NCBI GenBank assembly: GCA_965219915.1
Contig: OZ244794.1
Span: 708,322-772,321, forward strand
Origin: Rhodothermales bacterium
GTDB taxonomy: Bacteria > Bacteroidota > Rhodothermia > Rhodothermales > Bin80
Reading direction: 5' to 3'
Length of the DNA: 64,000 nt
The notes below the pieces were generated by a model. The model worked only from the letters and a program-made list of their open reading frames with translations. It searched no databases and was not told the DNA's origin. Of the stretch, positions 48,473 to 59,784 are shown piece after piece (position 1 is the first letter of the stretch; every line of letters starts with the position of its first letter). A program made the position numbers and the translations under genes.

Positions 48473-48771
48473 GCATCAACCAAATGCAAACATACTTAAC
48501 AGAATGAACCCAAGAGTACTCATAGGGAATTATGTATTCAATTGTGTAAGCCAATTAAATTAGAATTGATGTTCCATCTACTTGCCCTTGTTGCGGACTC
48601 GTCAACTTGATCTGGCCGGTTGTGATAGTTTTGAAATATCGGGTAAAATTGGTACAGATAAAACTTATGGGGCGAAGTATGGGCCGGAATAAAAGGGCGA
48701 CCAATCGCGTCTTACTTATGATACTTGGACGTTGACTTAACTTTCAATCAATTTTACAAGAGTGAGAAATC

Positions 48772-49566
48772 ATGGATTCAGACGATAGGCCGGTTGGTCG
48801 GATTCTTAGTCGACGGGAGATAATGCAGATCTTCGGAGCTGCTTTCCTGGTAAGTTCGGGGAGTGACATTATCAGGCAGCCGACTTCTGCAATGGGCAAG
48901 ACAGCGTTGCCCCCGTGTATTGTTCGTCCTGAGCAGACAGAGGGTCCCTTCTTTGCGGATCTCGAGCTTGAACGGTCTGATATTCGAACTGAACCTTCTA
49001 CAGGGGCCTTCCTGCCGGGTTTGCCATTGGAGTTGACCTTCCAGGTATCCCGGGTTGGCAATGAAGAGTGCGCTCCATTGTCCGGCGCAAGAGTAGATGT
49101 TTGGCAGTGTGATGCAGAGGGACGCTACTCGGCATTTCGGGATCGGGGAGCAGGTGGGGACCTGCGCGAAGAGAAATTCCTGCGTGGATATCAGTTAACC
49201 GATGCGTCTGGAATGGCCAAATTCACGACAATTTATCCAGGATGGTATCGTGGGCGGGCAGTGCATATTCATTTCAAGATACGCACCGAGGTCAGTCCGG
49301 GCAGCATATATGAGTTCACTTCTCAGCTCTATTTTGAAGATGCACTGTCTGATCAGGTGTTTGCGAAAGCGCCATACGCGGCGCGTGGAGCGCATACTAC
49401 ACGGAATTCCAACGACGGGATTTTTCGGCGCACCGGGGATAACCTGATGCTTGATCTGTCCCCTAATGGTGAAGGATATAAGGCGACGTTCGGTATAGGT
49501 CTAGACCTTTCAGATACCGAAGCAGGTGGTCGAGACTCTAATCGTCGGTCGCGCAGGTCCAATTGA
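48772..49566 (+). CDS. Intradiol ring-cleavage dioxygenase-family protein with Tat-like signal
   Basis: LSRREIMQIFGAAFLVSS leader; TEGPFF; ARVDVWQCDAEGRYS; YPGWYRGRAVHIHFKI, the intradiol dioxygenase core. Confidence 0.7.
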   Translation: MDSDDRPVGRILSRREIMQIFGAAFLVSSGSDIIRQPTSAMGKTALPPCIVRPEQTEGPFFADLELERSDIRTEPSTGAFLPGLPLELTFQVSRVGNEECAPLSGARVDVWQCDAEGRYSAFRDRGAGGDLREEKFLRGYQLTDASGMAKFTTIYPGWYRGRAVHIHFKIRTEVSPGSIYEFTSQLYFEDALSDQVFAKAPYAARGAHTTRNSNDGIFRRTGDNLMLDLSPNGEGYKATFGIGLDLSDTEAGGRDSNRRSRRSN

Positions 49567-50098
49567 AGGCGTTGAGCCAGGGTCAGACTTGTTAACAAGG
49601 AGTGTCTACACCGTGAACTGCCTATCGATAGCGTTGTGGCTTCCCGCCAGATGTGATTGAACGATTGTAGTTGATTGGTGTAGTAATCCATTGCTATTGC
49701 CAGGGACACTATCCTTGCCTTGCTACGCGCAGGTTTGCGCGTCCCCCCGATACGCGGCCATACAAGTATGACCCATGCCTCGGCACAGACAAATAAACTA
49801 ATGCTGCCGTCTGGATAAGTATATCATTAGGTGAGCCTGTAGATGGATGGGAAACGACATCGCAGCTGGCCGTTTTGCTCAAAGCTCAATTTATTCAACT
49901 TAATACCTTGGGGTACATTGTTAAAGCAACATGTCCGCTAGTCTGACACAAGTATCATTGATCAATGCACTCAGTCAATAAGAGATTCTGGAACGGTTAC
50001 GGTTCAACACAGCGTGAATATATTCTGGTCAGTTGGAATAATTAGATTTGGCAATTGTACTAGGCAAGTATCCTATCCATGTGCGGCAGCAGGCTACT

Positions 50099-52201
50099 AT
50101 GGCACGGTACGTATTTGCTGAGGGAATAAAATATCTCAAGGGGGTAGGGCCCGCGCGCGCGGACGCACTGGCCCAGGTTGGCATCAAAACCTGTCGTGAC
50201 CTCCTGCATTTCTACCCTAGACGTCATCTAGATCACACCAATGTGTCTCGGGTAGTAGATCTAAGAACAGAGGGAGAGACCGTAACGATTATAGGGACCG
50301 TTGTCGGTACCCAAGTAATTTCTGGTCGTCATCGTGAACGATTTGAAGTAGATGTCCGTGACGATTGGGGCGGGCGTTTAAAACTGGTCTGGTTCAAAGG
50401 CTTCAAATGGATCCGTCGATTTTTTGTGGAGGGCTATAGAATCGCATTCACCGGGGATGTATCGTCAAAGTATGGTGGGAAATGGACGATGGTGCACCCG
50501 GATTTCGACAGGCTGGACGAAAGTGGTCCGCGTCTCTCAACAGCGCGGATAATAGCACTTTATCCCGGTAGTGCGCGGTTACAGGCCGTAGGGTTGAGCA
50601 GCAGGACGTTTCGGAATATAATTTATCAACTCATCAAAAAACGTGGGCTGGAGTTCCCGCAGGTCCTTCCCGAGTGGGTCCAGGAGGAATACGACTTATT
50701 GGATGGTCGCGTAGCCCTGCGTGCTATCCACTTCCCAAAAACACATGACGAACTTCACAAAGCTAAGCGGCGGCTAAAATTTGAGGAGTTATTCTTTCTC
50801 CAGCTCATGCTCCGGCAGATCAAGAAGATGCGCGCCAAGCGAAAGGGCATTCGTCTGGAGGTTCAAGGTTCGCGGTATTCGCAGTTTATAGATCATGTAT
50901 TGCCATTTGAATTAACCCAAGATCAGGAAAAAGCCCTGCACGAGATTAAACGGGATATGCAAAGTGGGCATCCCATGTACCGCATGCTGCAGGGCGATGT
51001 TGGTTGCGGTAAGACGGTTGTTGCTGTTGCGGCGTTGATTCTGGTTGTAGACAGCAAATTCCAGGGTGCTTTCATGGCACCAACAGAAGTTCTGGCGGAA
51101 CAGCAATATGCAAGCCTTCAAAAATATCTAGAGCCTATCGGCATTCGTGTGTGTTTACTGGTGGGAGGGCAGCGCAAGCGTCTGCGCGAGCAAATTCTGC
51201 AAGAGATTGCCACGGGTTCGGTAGATATCGTTGTAGGCACCCATGCAGTATTTCAGGAACAGGTGAAGTTCAAAAATCTGGCACTTGCAGTGATTGATGA
51301 GCAGCATCGCTTTGGTGTTGAGCAGCGGGCCACACTTTTTGCGAAAGGCAATAACCCGCACATGCTCTTGATGACTGCGACACCAATTCCACGTTCTCTT
51401 GCACTGACTGTGTATGGAGATTTGGGGATTACAACCATACGCGAGCTTCCCAAGGGACGTAAGCGCGTAGTCACAAAGCTTTTTCGAGACAAGTATCGCT
51501 CCGAAATGGAGAAACTGGTTCTGAAGCAATTAAGCGAAGGGCGTCAGGCATATATTGTTTATCCGCAAGTGGAAGAGAGTGAGACCAGCGACCTAAAGAA
51601 TGCGGAAGCAGGGTTTCGTGCGTGGCAGCAGTTGTGTGATGGGTATTCAGTTGGACTTGTGCATGGCAAGATGAAGTCTTCAGACAAGGAAACTGTTATG
51701 GCGCAGTTTAAGTCGGGTGAGACCCAAGTTCTTGTCGCAACTACGGTCATTGAAGTCGGTGTTGATACCCCAAACGCAACAGTGATGGTAATTGAACACG
51801 CCGAGCGGTTTGGTTTAAGTCAGTTGCATCAGTTGCGTGGACGTGTGGGGCGGGGAAAACATCAGAGCTATTGTGTTCTGATGGCTGATTGGCGGCAGTC
51901 CATTGAATCGAAGGAACGGCTAAGCGTGATTTTACGTACTTCTGATGGATTTGAGATCAGTGAAGCCGATCTGAAGCTGCGCGGGGCCGGAGATTTTTTT
52001 GGAACACGCCAGAGTGGCATGCCAGAGCTCAGGATTGCGGACATCTCGGAGGATATGCCGATTCTGGAGCAGGCTCAGGAGGCAGTTAGGCGGATTTGGG
52101 AACAAGATCAGGATCTGAGCCTACCGGAGTACCAGATCATGCGCAAATATTTTGAGACTTTTGTACTGGCGCGTCTGGAAGGGTATGCGCGTACAGGTTA
52201 A
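50099..52201 (+). CDS. recG: ATP-dependent DNA helicase RecG
   Basis: The wedge/OB N-terminus (IKYLKGVGPARADAL) is followed by helicase motifs GDVGCGKT, DEQHRFG, TATPIPR and HQLRGRVGRG. The track alternative is a TTG start at 50048. Confidence 0.95.
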   Translation: MARYVFAEGIKYLKGVGPARADALAQVGIKTCRDLLHFYPRRHLDHTNVSRVVDLRTEGETVTIIGTVVGTQVISGRHRERFEVDVRDDWGGRLKLVWFKGFKWIRRFFVEGYRIAFTGDVSSKYGGKWTMVHPDFDRLDESGPRLSTARIIALYPGSARLQAVGLSSRTFRNIIYQLIKKRGLEFPQVLPEWVQEEYDLLDGRVALRAIHFPKTHDELHKAKRRLKFEELFFLQLMLRQIKKMRAKRKGIRLEVQGSRYSQFIDHVLPFELTQDQEKALHEIKRDMQSGHPMYRMLQGDVGCGKTVVAVAALILVVDSKFQGAFMAPTEVLAEQQYASLQKYLEPIGIRVCLLVGGQRKRLREQILQEIATGSVDIVVGTHAVFQEQVKFKNLALAVIDEQHRFGVEQRATLFAKGNNPHMLLMTATPIPRSLALTVYGDLGITTIRELPKGRKRVVTKLFRDKYRSEMEKLVLKQLSEGRQAYIVYPQVEESETSDLKNAEAGFRAWQQLCDGYSVGLVHGKMKSSDKETVMAQFKSGETQVLVATTVIEVGVDTPNATVMVIEHAERFGLSQLHQLRGRVGRGKHQSYCVLMADWRQSIESKERLSVILRTSDGFEISEADLKLRGAGDFFGTRQSGMPELRIADISEDMPILEQAQEAVRRIWEQDQDLSLPEYQIMRKYFETFVLARLEGYARTG

Positions 52202-52206
52202 TTGAC

Positions 52207-53115
52207 ATGTTGAAATACTGGGAAATATTTCTGGATGCCTACGATGGGTACGCTCACTATCTGTGGGGGGAAATCACTACGCCTCACTGGCAGAACTATT
52301 TCTATTGGCTTATTGGGGTAAGTGCATTTTTCTTTGTGCTGGAGTTGTTCGCACCCTGGCGGAAAGAGCAAAAGAAATTCAGGCATGATTTCTGGCTTGA
52401 TCTCTTTTACATGTTCTTTAACTACTTCCTGTTCTCGCTATTCATTTTTAATGCGGCGAGTATGGTGTTAGTGAATCTTTTCAATGATGCGTTGGCCAGC
52501 ATAGGGATTACCAACCTGGTGGCCATCCAGGTAGGGAACCTCCCGGTGTGGGCCCAACTGCTTGTTCTGTTTGTGATTCGGGACTTCATTCATTGGAATG
52601 TTCATCGGTTACTGCACCGGGTCCCGGCCTTGTGGGAATTCCACAAGGTGCATCATTCTGTTGAGGAGATGGGTTTTGCCGCGCACCTCCGGTTTCACTG
52701 GATGGAAAATGTGGTCTACAACGGATTGCAGTACATCCCATTGGCTATGATCGGTTTTGGAATTGAAGAATACTTCATTGTTTACCTGATCACTCTAGTT
52801 ATTGGCCATGCGAACCACAGCAATATTTGGGTACCGCTGGGGCCGCTGCGTTACGTGATCAATAACCCTCAGATGCATATTTGGCATCATGCAAAGCATT
52901 GGCCGGAGGGACACCCTTACGGAATTAATTACGGGATCAGCCTCAGTCTTTGGGATTACCTGTTCAAGACCGCGTCCATCCCACACGACGGGCGTGACAT
53001 CGAATTGGGCTTTGAGGATATCGAAGAATTCCCAAAAACTTTTGTGGGTCAGAGTCTGCACGGCCTTGGACTGGATAGAAAGGAGGATGATCCACCTGAG
53101 CGCCCACAACCCTGA
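52207..53115 (+). CDS. Fatty-acid hydroxylase / sterol desaturase superfamily membrane protein
   Basis: Histidine boxes HWNVHRLLH, HKVHHS and HIWHH in a multi-TM protein. Confidence 0.8.
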   Translation: MLKYWEIFLDAYDGYAHYLWGEITTPHWQNYFYWLIGVSAFFFVLELFAPWRKEQKKFRHDFWLDLFYMFFNYFLFSLFIFNAASMVLVNLFNDALASIGITNLVAIQVGNLPVWAQLLVLFVIRDFIHWNVHRLLHRVPALWEFHKVHHSVEEMGFAAHLRFHWMENVVYNGLQYIPLAMIGFGIEEYFIVYLITLVIGHANHSNIWVPLGPLRYVINNPQMHIWHHAKHWPEGHPYGINYGISLSLWDYLFKTASIPHDGRDIELGFEDIEEFPKTFVGQSLHGLGLDRKEDDPPERPQP

Positions 53116-53684
53116 CATGCGGCGGATGTTGGGCTTTGCAGAATTTGGAGTCTCCTATTAAAGCTTGCTGGGACGTGTGGTCAAGATTAGTTTTGTAGGC
53201 TCCTCTGGTGTTGCAGGAATAGATTTTTGCAAGTTCACGGTGTCGCTCGCTACTAGCCTATCATTTCGTTTTGTTATCACTTGGCGCACTTCGTCAATTC
53301 GCCTAGTTGGCCGGTAGGCTTGGTACGGATTCTGTTGGGGGTTCACGGAAATTTCGTTTGCTAGTATAGCCACGGTAGATTCATTGTTATGCCTGAGTGC
53401 GGATTGTTCGTTACGGGAAGCTTTGGAAGAAAATCAATGTCAACTATGTACTCCACGGCTTAACGGGTAGTTATTATGCATTTAATTGCAACCCTCCGAA
53501 GACGATGACTGGGGCAAAATAGTAGTAATTGCGGATGTGGGATGAGACAATTATCTATTGCCAGTAGTGAAAGATTGATCGTGTTTGAAACATTCATTTG
53601 GCTTGGATACATTCGAACATGGGGTCCAATCCAGAGTTACCAAATTAGGGGACTTCTTCGCTGTATCCAATTTTGTGGCAGTCA

Positions 53685-56600
53685 ATGGAGCGTCCAGCGC
53701 AAGCAACACCGTACCAAGCGTCTAATTCCATTCGGATTGTTACGGCAGCGAGTCTATTTGACGGACACGATGCCGCCATCAACATCATCCGGCGCGTACT
53801 GCAGGCTTCGGGTGCAGAGGTAATTCATCTTGGGCATAATCGGTCTGTGCAAGAAGTCTTGGAGACAGCTTTGCAGGAGGATGTGCAGGGGATTGCAGTG
53901 TCTTCATATCAGGGTGGCCATTTGGAATACTTCGGCTATCTGCTTTCGGAGCTGAATGCGCGCGGAGCGGCACACATAAAAGTCTTTGGAGGTGGCGGTG
54001 GTGTGATTGCCCCGGACGAGGTCAGGCAGTTGCATGCTATGGGCGTGACTCGGGTTTTCACATCTCGGGATGGGATGCAGCTCGGGCTTCAGGAGATGAT
54101 CAATATTGTGCTCAAGGCCTGCGATTTTCCGGTCAATACCAAACCCGTGGGTAAAATTCCATTTGATAAGCTGGCCCGCCAACTTACCCACGTGGAATTG
54201 CAGTCTTCGAATGAAACAGAATGTCCAGATCGCGCAGTGGTAGTCGGGATTACTGGAACAGGCGGTGCCGGCAAGTCTACACTCGCCGATGAGCTTGTTC
54301 TTCGCCTGCTTGAAGACATTAATGAGGTAAGCGTTGCGATTTTGTCAGTGGATCCTACACAGCGGCGTTCCGGGGGTGCACTGCTGGGCGATAGGATTAG
54401 GATGAATGCCCTCTATGGTCCAAAAGCCAAGGGGCGAGCTTTCTTGCGTAGCCTAGCCACAAGGCGGGCGCATCGCGCTACCAGCGAGGCACTTTTGGGA
54501 AGCATAACGGCCTGCTCCAATGCTAAATTCGATTTAGTTATGGTAGAAACGGCTGGCGTTGGGCAAAGTGACACCGAAATTGCCGATTTGGCGGATGTAA
54601 CGCTATATGTTATGACCGCTGATTATGGTGCGGCGACACAGCTGGAAAAAATTGGTATGCTGGATGTGGCCGACTTTGTCGTGCTCAACAAGTATGATCA
54701 CAGAGGTAGCATGGATGCACTGCGTGATGTCCGCAAACAAGTGCAGCGCAATCGGATGGCGTTTGACCAGACTCCAGACACCATGCCGGTTTATCCCACC
54801 ACTGCCTCTCGTTTTCATGATCCCGGTGTGACGGCTTTATATGTGGATTTGGTTGCCATGCTGCGTGAGAAATGCAATTTTCAATACACTACGTCTATGG
54901 AGGGGCTTCCGGTGTCTCCCAATAGCGAAACAATTATACCGGCCCGACGCCAACGCTATTTGGGAGAGATCTGCGACTCGATTCGGGATTACCATGATTG
55001 GGTGCGCAGCCAAGTCAGTTTTGCCCGCAAATGGGGTCAGGTGAAAGGGACGAAAGATCAGGTGGAGGACTGGAATCCAGCTGATGCCGAAGAATTATGC
55101 ACGCGCCTTAGCACGATGGAGGCCCATTGGTGGGGTCGCTTGGATAGTCGGTGCAGGAATATCCTGATCAATTGGGATGCATGGGCTGATAAGTATCGGG
55201 AGGAAACGTGTACCTACACGGTGCGTGATCGCGATATCAACGTTCCGCTATTTTTCTGGTCTTTGGCCAATACCAAGATTCCGCGTATAGCCTTGCCCGC
55301 AGTGGCCGACCAAGGTGAGCGGCTGAGTTATGCCCTGAAAGAGAATCTGCCTGGTTATTTCCCGTTTACGGCCGGCGTGTATCCTTTCAAGCGAAGGAAT
55401 GAAGCACCGACACGGATGTTCGCGGGGGAGGGATGCCCAGAGCGGACCAATCGCAGGTTCCATGTAGTGAGCCAAGGTATGTCCGCCCATCGGCTATCGA
55501 CGGCTTTCGACTCCGTGACACTCTACGGATTTGACCCTCATAAGCGGCCGGATATTTATGGTAAAGTGGGCAATGCGGGAGTTTCAGTGTCGACGCTGGA
55601 TGACATGAAGAAGCTCTACAGCGGATTCAATCTTTGCGATCCGGAGACCAGTGTATCTATGACCATCAATGGACCGGCGCCTGTGGTCTTGGCCCTGTTT
55701 TTCAATACTGCGATTGATCAGGCGACTGAGTTATTTCTTCGTGATTCGGGGCGGTGGGAGAAAGCCCAGAGGGTTATTAACAGCCAACTGGAATCGAACC
55801 GAACTCAGTACATCCCTTTTGGGCCGGAGGGATGTGAGACGGATTATCCTACGGGGCATGACGGTAGTGGTCTCGGCCTTTTGGGCACTTCCTCCAAAGA
55901 GCTCGTCGAGTGGGGCCTGCTGGAGGACATAGAGTTCGAGCGGATCTTTCGCAAGGCAATACAGACTGTTCGGGGCACCGTACAAGCGGATATCCTCAAG
56001 GAAGATCAGGCTCAGAATACGTGCATTTTCTCTACGGAGCTAGCACTGCGCATGATGGGCGACATCCAGGAATTTTTTACGCAGGAACGGGTACGTAATT
56101 TTTATTCGGTATCCATATCTGGATACCACATTGCAGAGGCCGGAGCCAATCCAATTACGCAGCTTGCATTCACACTGGCGAATGGATTTACGTATGTAGA
56201 GTACTACTTGAGCCGCGGGCTGCATATTGATGACTTTGCGCCCAATTTGTCCTTCTTTTTTTCAAACGGGATGGATGCCGAGTACGCGGTTATTGGTCGC
56301 GTAGCACGGCGCATCTGGGCTGTGGCCATGCGGCAGTTATACAGTGCAAATGAGCGAAGCCAAAAACTGAAGTACCATGTTCAGACATCCGGCCGCAGCC
56401 TACACGCTCAAGAAATAAGTTTCAATGATATTCGGACAACTTTACAAGCACTACTTGCGATATATGACAATTGTAACAGTCTGCACACGAATGCCTATGA
56501 CGAAGCATTAACGACCCCGACAGAAGAGAGCGTCCGCAGTGCAATCGCGATCCAGCGCATCGTTAACGAGGAATTCGGTTTGGCCCAAAATGAGAATCCG

Positions 56601-57068
56601 CTGCAAGGATCCTATATAATTGACGAACTGACTGATTTAGTGGAGGAGGCAGTTCTGCTTGAATTTGAGCGGATAAATGCACGGGGAGGTGTGCTAGGAG
56701 CCATGGAACTAATGTATCAGCGCAGCAAGATTCAAGAGGAGTCTTTACACTATGAGCGCCAGAAGCAATCTGGCGCACTTCCGGTGATTGGAGTTAATAC
56801 TTTCCTGCCTCGCACTCAGCCCATCCAAGTTGCACAATCACTAATGCGGTCCTCGGATGACGAAAAGCAGCATCAGATTAATGGTCTCAAGGCATTTCAT
56901 TTGCGTAATCGACATCGATCAGAGGCGGCCTTGCATAAGCTCATGAACGCTGCCCAAGATGGGGACAATTTGTTTGCAGAACTTATGGACACCGTGCGGT
57001 GGTGTTCATTGGGGCAGATCACTGAGGCGCTGTTTCGCGTGGGTGGACGTTATCGGCGCAGCATGTGA
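53685..57068 (+). CDS. icmF: Fused isobutyryl-CoA mutase (IcmF-type: B12-binding domain + MeaB-like GTPase + mutase barrel)
   Basis: The N-terminus LFDGHDAAINII..GAEVIHLG is the DxHxxG B12 motif. VVGITGTGGAGKSTL plus NKYD is the G3E GTPase. The C-terminal ~600 aa form the methylmalonyl-CoA-mutase-like substrate domain. The track alternative start is TTG 53673. Confidence 0.9.
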   Translation: MERPAQATPYQASNSIRIVTAASLFDGHDAAINIIRRVLQASGAEVIHLGHNRSVQEVLETALQEDVQGIAVSSYQGGHLEYFGYLLSELNARGAAHIKVFGGGGGVIAPDEVRQLHAMGVTRVFTSRDGMQLGLQEMINIVLKACDFPVNTKPVGKIPFDKLARQLTHVELQSSNETECPDRAVVVGITGTGGAGKSTLADELVLRLLEDINEVSVAILSVDPTQRRSGGALLGDRIRMNALYGPKAKGRAFLRSLATRRAHRATSEALLGSITACSNAKFDLVMVETAGVGQSDTEIADLADVTLYVMTADYGAATQLEKIGMLDVADFVVLNKYDHRGSMDALRDVRKQVQRNRMAFDQTPDTMPVYPTTASRFHDPGVTALYVDLVAMLREKCNFQYTTSMEGLPVSPNSETIIPARRQRYLGEICDSIRDYHDWVRSQVSFARKWGQVKGTKDQVEDWNPADAEELCTRLSTMEAHWWGRLDSRCRNILINWDAWADKYREETCTYTVRDRDINVPLFFWSLANTKIPRIALPAVADQGERLSYALKENLPGYFPFTAGVYPFKRRNEAPTRMFAGEGCPERTNRRFHVVSQGMSAHRLSTAFDSVTLYGFDPHKRPDIYGKVGNAGVSVSTLDDMKKLYSGFNLCDPETSVSMTINGPAPVVLALFFNTAIDQATELFLRDSGRWEKAQRVINSQLESNRTQYIPFGPEGCETDYPTGHDGSGLGLLGTSSKELVEWGLLEDIEFERIFRKAIQTVRGTVQADILKEDQAQNTCIFSTELALRMMGDIQEFFTQERVRNFYSVSISGYHIAEAGANPITQLAFTLANGFTYVEYYLSRGLHIDDFAPNLSFFFSNGMDAEYAVIGRVARRIWAVAMRQLYSANERSQKLKYHVQTSGRSLHAQEISFNDIRTTLQALLAIYDNCNSLHTNAYDEALTTPTEESVRSAIAIQRIVNEEFGLAQNENPLQGSYIIDELTDLVEEAVLLEFERINARGGVLGAMELMYQRSKIQEESLHYERQKQSGALPVIGVNTFLPRTQPIQVAQSLMRSSDDEKQHQINGLKAFHLRNRHRSEAALHKLMNAAQDGDNLFAELMDTVRWCSLGQITEALFRVGGRYRRSM

Positions 57069-57451
57069 GCATGTGGTTGGCGATTTAAGGGATTGATGGC
57101 TCAGGCATGGGGACGCAGACCCGCCGGCTGGCTGAGCGGTTGCGGGGTATACGTCACATCTATTTCATTCCCCGAACACTGCCAGGCCAAGAGATCAAAC
57201 CTCAATGGTCAGTGTACTGCGATCTTTCGCGTTCAGGCTAGAGTTCACGATCCAGTGCACGGACTAAGAGCATGAGGGACGTCTCCATAGTCATTTGGAT
57301 TGACGTGACGATTAGAGAAGGCACAAAGATCACGAAGAACCGGACCTTAATGGCTTTGCTCCGAAAATGTATAAAGGCCCGCGGTCCGCAGGATTATCGG
57401 GAATTCCGAAACGAGACTCCAATACATCGCGGATTCTCCACTATGTATGTG

Positions 57452-58009
57452 CTACTGAGGCCAAAGCCAGCCAAACACGCCAGCAGTCAGCGCGCCGTAA
57501 AACAAGCCCTCGAGCACACGAATCCATGTCACCTTCCAGCTGAATCCGTACCATATGGCGTGCGTGATATGTCCAGCCGAATGGGCCAGAAAAGCAGCCG
57601 TACCCACTACCTGGAACACTTCCAGATACGAGGTGCCAGGTCCGAGGCTGGCGGTGCCCATGTAGGCTGCCGCCGTGGCAACCGCAAGCGTATACATTGC
57701 CTCGAAGATGAGTTGCTTAGTCATGCCAGTACCGGGCCGTAAAACGAACAGAATCCCCACAGGACCTCGATTGGCCTTCTCCTTCCATTCCGGGGAATTC
57801 CATTCCTCTCGGCTCTCTACACCTGGAAACATGTATTGCCCTCTTTGTACTTCCTGCGCACGCAGAGCGTCCATAATCGCATCTTCATTCGGGAGTTTCA
57901 CAAAATCCTTTGAGTGTAGTGGGAGGGCTGCATTCAGTACGAAGGCGGCAACATACACCAATGCTGCAGAGATAAGAATTGGGAGCCAGAGCGAGAGAAG
58001 CGAGACCAT
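57452..58009 (-). CDS. Hypothetical membrane protein (4 TM)
   Basis: 185 aa with clear hydrophobic helices at both ends and a soluble middle (PNEDAIMDALRAQEVQRGQYMFPG). No family was recognised. Confidence 0.45.
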   Translation of the reverse strand: MVSLLSLWLPILISAALVYVAAFVLNAALPLHSKDFVKLPNEDAIMDALRAQEVQRGQYMFPGVESREEWNSPEWKEKANRGPVGILFVLRPGTGMTKQLIFEAMYTLAVATAAAYMGTASLGPGTSYLEVFQVVGTAAFLAHSAGHITHAIWYGFSWKVTWIRVLEGLFYGALTAGVFGWLWPQ

Positions 58010-58254
58010 TTATCTAGATTTTTTTTCGGGTTGCACAAAACCAACGACACAACAATATACGGTCACAGTTTGACAGAAAAGGACGACATATTGTCGCATA
58101 GAAAAAATGCCACTGAGGCAGTGCCGGACATTGATGCTCCCAAATATACTCAGCCTGTGGATTTATGGCATTTCACTGCCTGTGCTGTTGAAGCGGCGGG
58201 TTCATGTGTCCCGTCCGGGGTTTCAGCAGCATGTGTTCCAGTGTGTATGAGTAG

Positions 58255-59709
58255 CTATTCAGCGAAATTCCATCGGGGAATTTTGGATTCACTGCGCGAC
58301 TGCATAAGGGCGAGCAATTCTGAGGCAATCTCGGGGTGTGTATCTGCGAGATCGGTCGTTTCCGCACGATCGTCTAGGAGATTGTAGACCCTCACAGGTG
58401 CGGATACACTGTCCTTGCCGCCCAAACGAATGCCTTTCCAGGGACCAATTCTGGCAGCCTGTGCTCCGCGCCAGTTTCGTCCGTGATATTCCCAGTACAT
58501 TTCGCTTGGTGATAAAGGCTGCTCTCCTAGGAGCACGGGAAGAAAGGAAGTCCCATCTATTTCGACCGTCAGTTCTGTATTCACAACATTGGCAAGTGTC
58601 GGCATTACGTCCCAGAAGGCGGATACGTGATCAGTAACTGATCCAGGGGCAATGACACCGGGCCAGGAGGCAATCATGGGTACGCGAATTCCACCTTCAT
58701 AGACCTCTCCTTTTCCACCCCTCAGGCCTCCAGAGCTTTGAAACTGTTCAATATCCACACCCCCTACATAGGTGTGGCCGTTGTCGCTGGAGAACATGAT
58801 CAACGTCTCATCATCAATACCGAGTTCACGGAGTACTTCCATGATCTGTCCCACATGGGCATCCATTCGCGAAATCATGCCCGCATATGCCGATTGCGGA
58901 CGGATGTGTGGCAGGTAGCCCCTGGTCCCGTCGTAGGGCGACTCGGACAGTACGTCTTCGTATGCGTCCAGTTCTTCGTCTGGTACCTGAAGTGCGAGAT
59001 GAGGTACGGTGTGTGCCAGGTAGAGGAAGAACGGTTCCCCTGCATTTTCCCGGATGAATGCCTCAGCTTCATCCGCCATGAGATCTGGAGCATAATCAAC
59101 GCCTTTGAAGCGGTCGTAGGCAGACGGGTCATGCGGATCTGTACCCTCGAATCGTTGATGTGGATGGAAGTAGCCGTTAGCGAGTGTATCCCATTCCGCA
59201 TTGCGCCACAGGTGGGAGGGATAATGGTTATGGGCCTGTTTCTGGTCTAAGTAGCCATAGAAATAATCGAACCCCTGTTGATTGGGCACACCGATGGAGT
59301 TGGGCCCTCCCAGGCCCCATTTGCCGATAATTGCTGTTGTGTACCCAGCCTCCTGCATCATACGACCAAGCGTGTAAGTGTTTTCCTCCAGCGGCAGTTG
59401 CCCGCGCTCAGTGCTGTCAGCAAATCCACCTAACTCGTAGTTATCGCGTACCTGGCAGTGACCGGTATGTCGGCCGGTGAGAAGTGTGCAGCGACTCGGC
59501 GCACACACGGGGCTGCCGCTGTAGTGCTGCGTAAAGCGCATACCTTCGGAAGCCAGCTGATCCAGATTCGGAGTTCGAATCAGAGATTGTCCATAGCTGC
59601 CGAGCTCCCCATAGCCCAGATCATCGGCGAGAATGTAAATGACGTTCGGTGGATCCGCTTGTGTGCATCCAGCGATTACCAGAACGGCAGCAATAATTAT
59701 TCGTGGCAT
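58255..59709 (-). CDS. Cys-type sulfatase (arylsulfatase family) lipoprotein
   Basis: PNVIYILADDLGYGELG followed by the CAPSRCTLLTGRH (C-x-P-x-R) motif. Lipobox VIAG|C. Confidence 0.9.
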   Translation of the reverse strand: MPRIIIAAVLVIAGCTQADPPNVIYILADDLGYGELGSYGQSLIRTPNLDQLASEGMRFTQHYSGSPVCAPSRCTLLTGRHTGHCQVRDNYELGGFADSTERGQLPLEENTYTLGRMMQEAGYTTAIIGKWGLGGPNSIGVPNQQGFDYFYGYLDQKQAHNHYPSHLWRNAEWDTLANGYFHPHQRFEGTDPHDPSAYDRFKGVDYAPDLMADEAEAFIRENAGEPFFLYLAHTVPHLALQVPDEELDAYEDVLSESPYDGTRGYLPHIRPQSAYAGMISRMDAHVGQIMEVLRELGIDDETLIMFSSDNGHTYVGGVDIEQFQSSGGLRGGKGEVYEGGIRVPMIASWPGVIAPGSVTDHVSAFWDVMPTLANVVNTELTVEIDGTSFLPVLLGEQPLSPSEMYWEYHGRNWRGAQAARIGPWKGIRLGGKDSVSAPVRVYNLLDDRAETTDLADTHPEIASELLALMQSRSESKIPRWNFAE

Positions 59710-59784
59710 AAGAATGGAAGAATGGTGAGGTTTTAATGGTAACGATAAGACATATATTTGTTACGAGTGAACCACAAACGTCCA

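Noticed and set aside
53116-53684. Possible cobalamin riboswitch upstream of the B12-dependent IcmF gene. The 71-aa minus-strand ORF at 53158..53373 also lies here.
   Set aside because: I could not find a B12-box-like GCCACTG core or the surrounding conserved helices by eye. The small ORF has no recognisable features. A covariance-model scan would be needed to be sure.
58738-59250. 170-aa plus-strand ORF inside the second sulfatase gene.
   Set aside because: It is antisense to a well-supported sulfatase and has no motifs.
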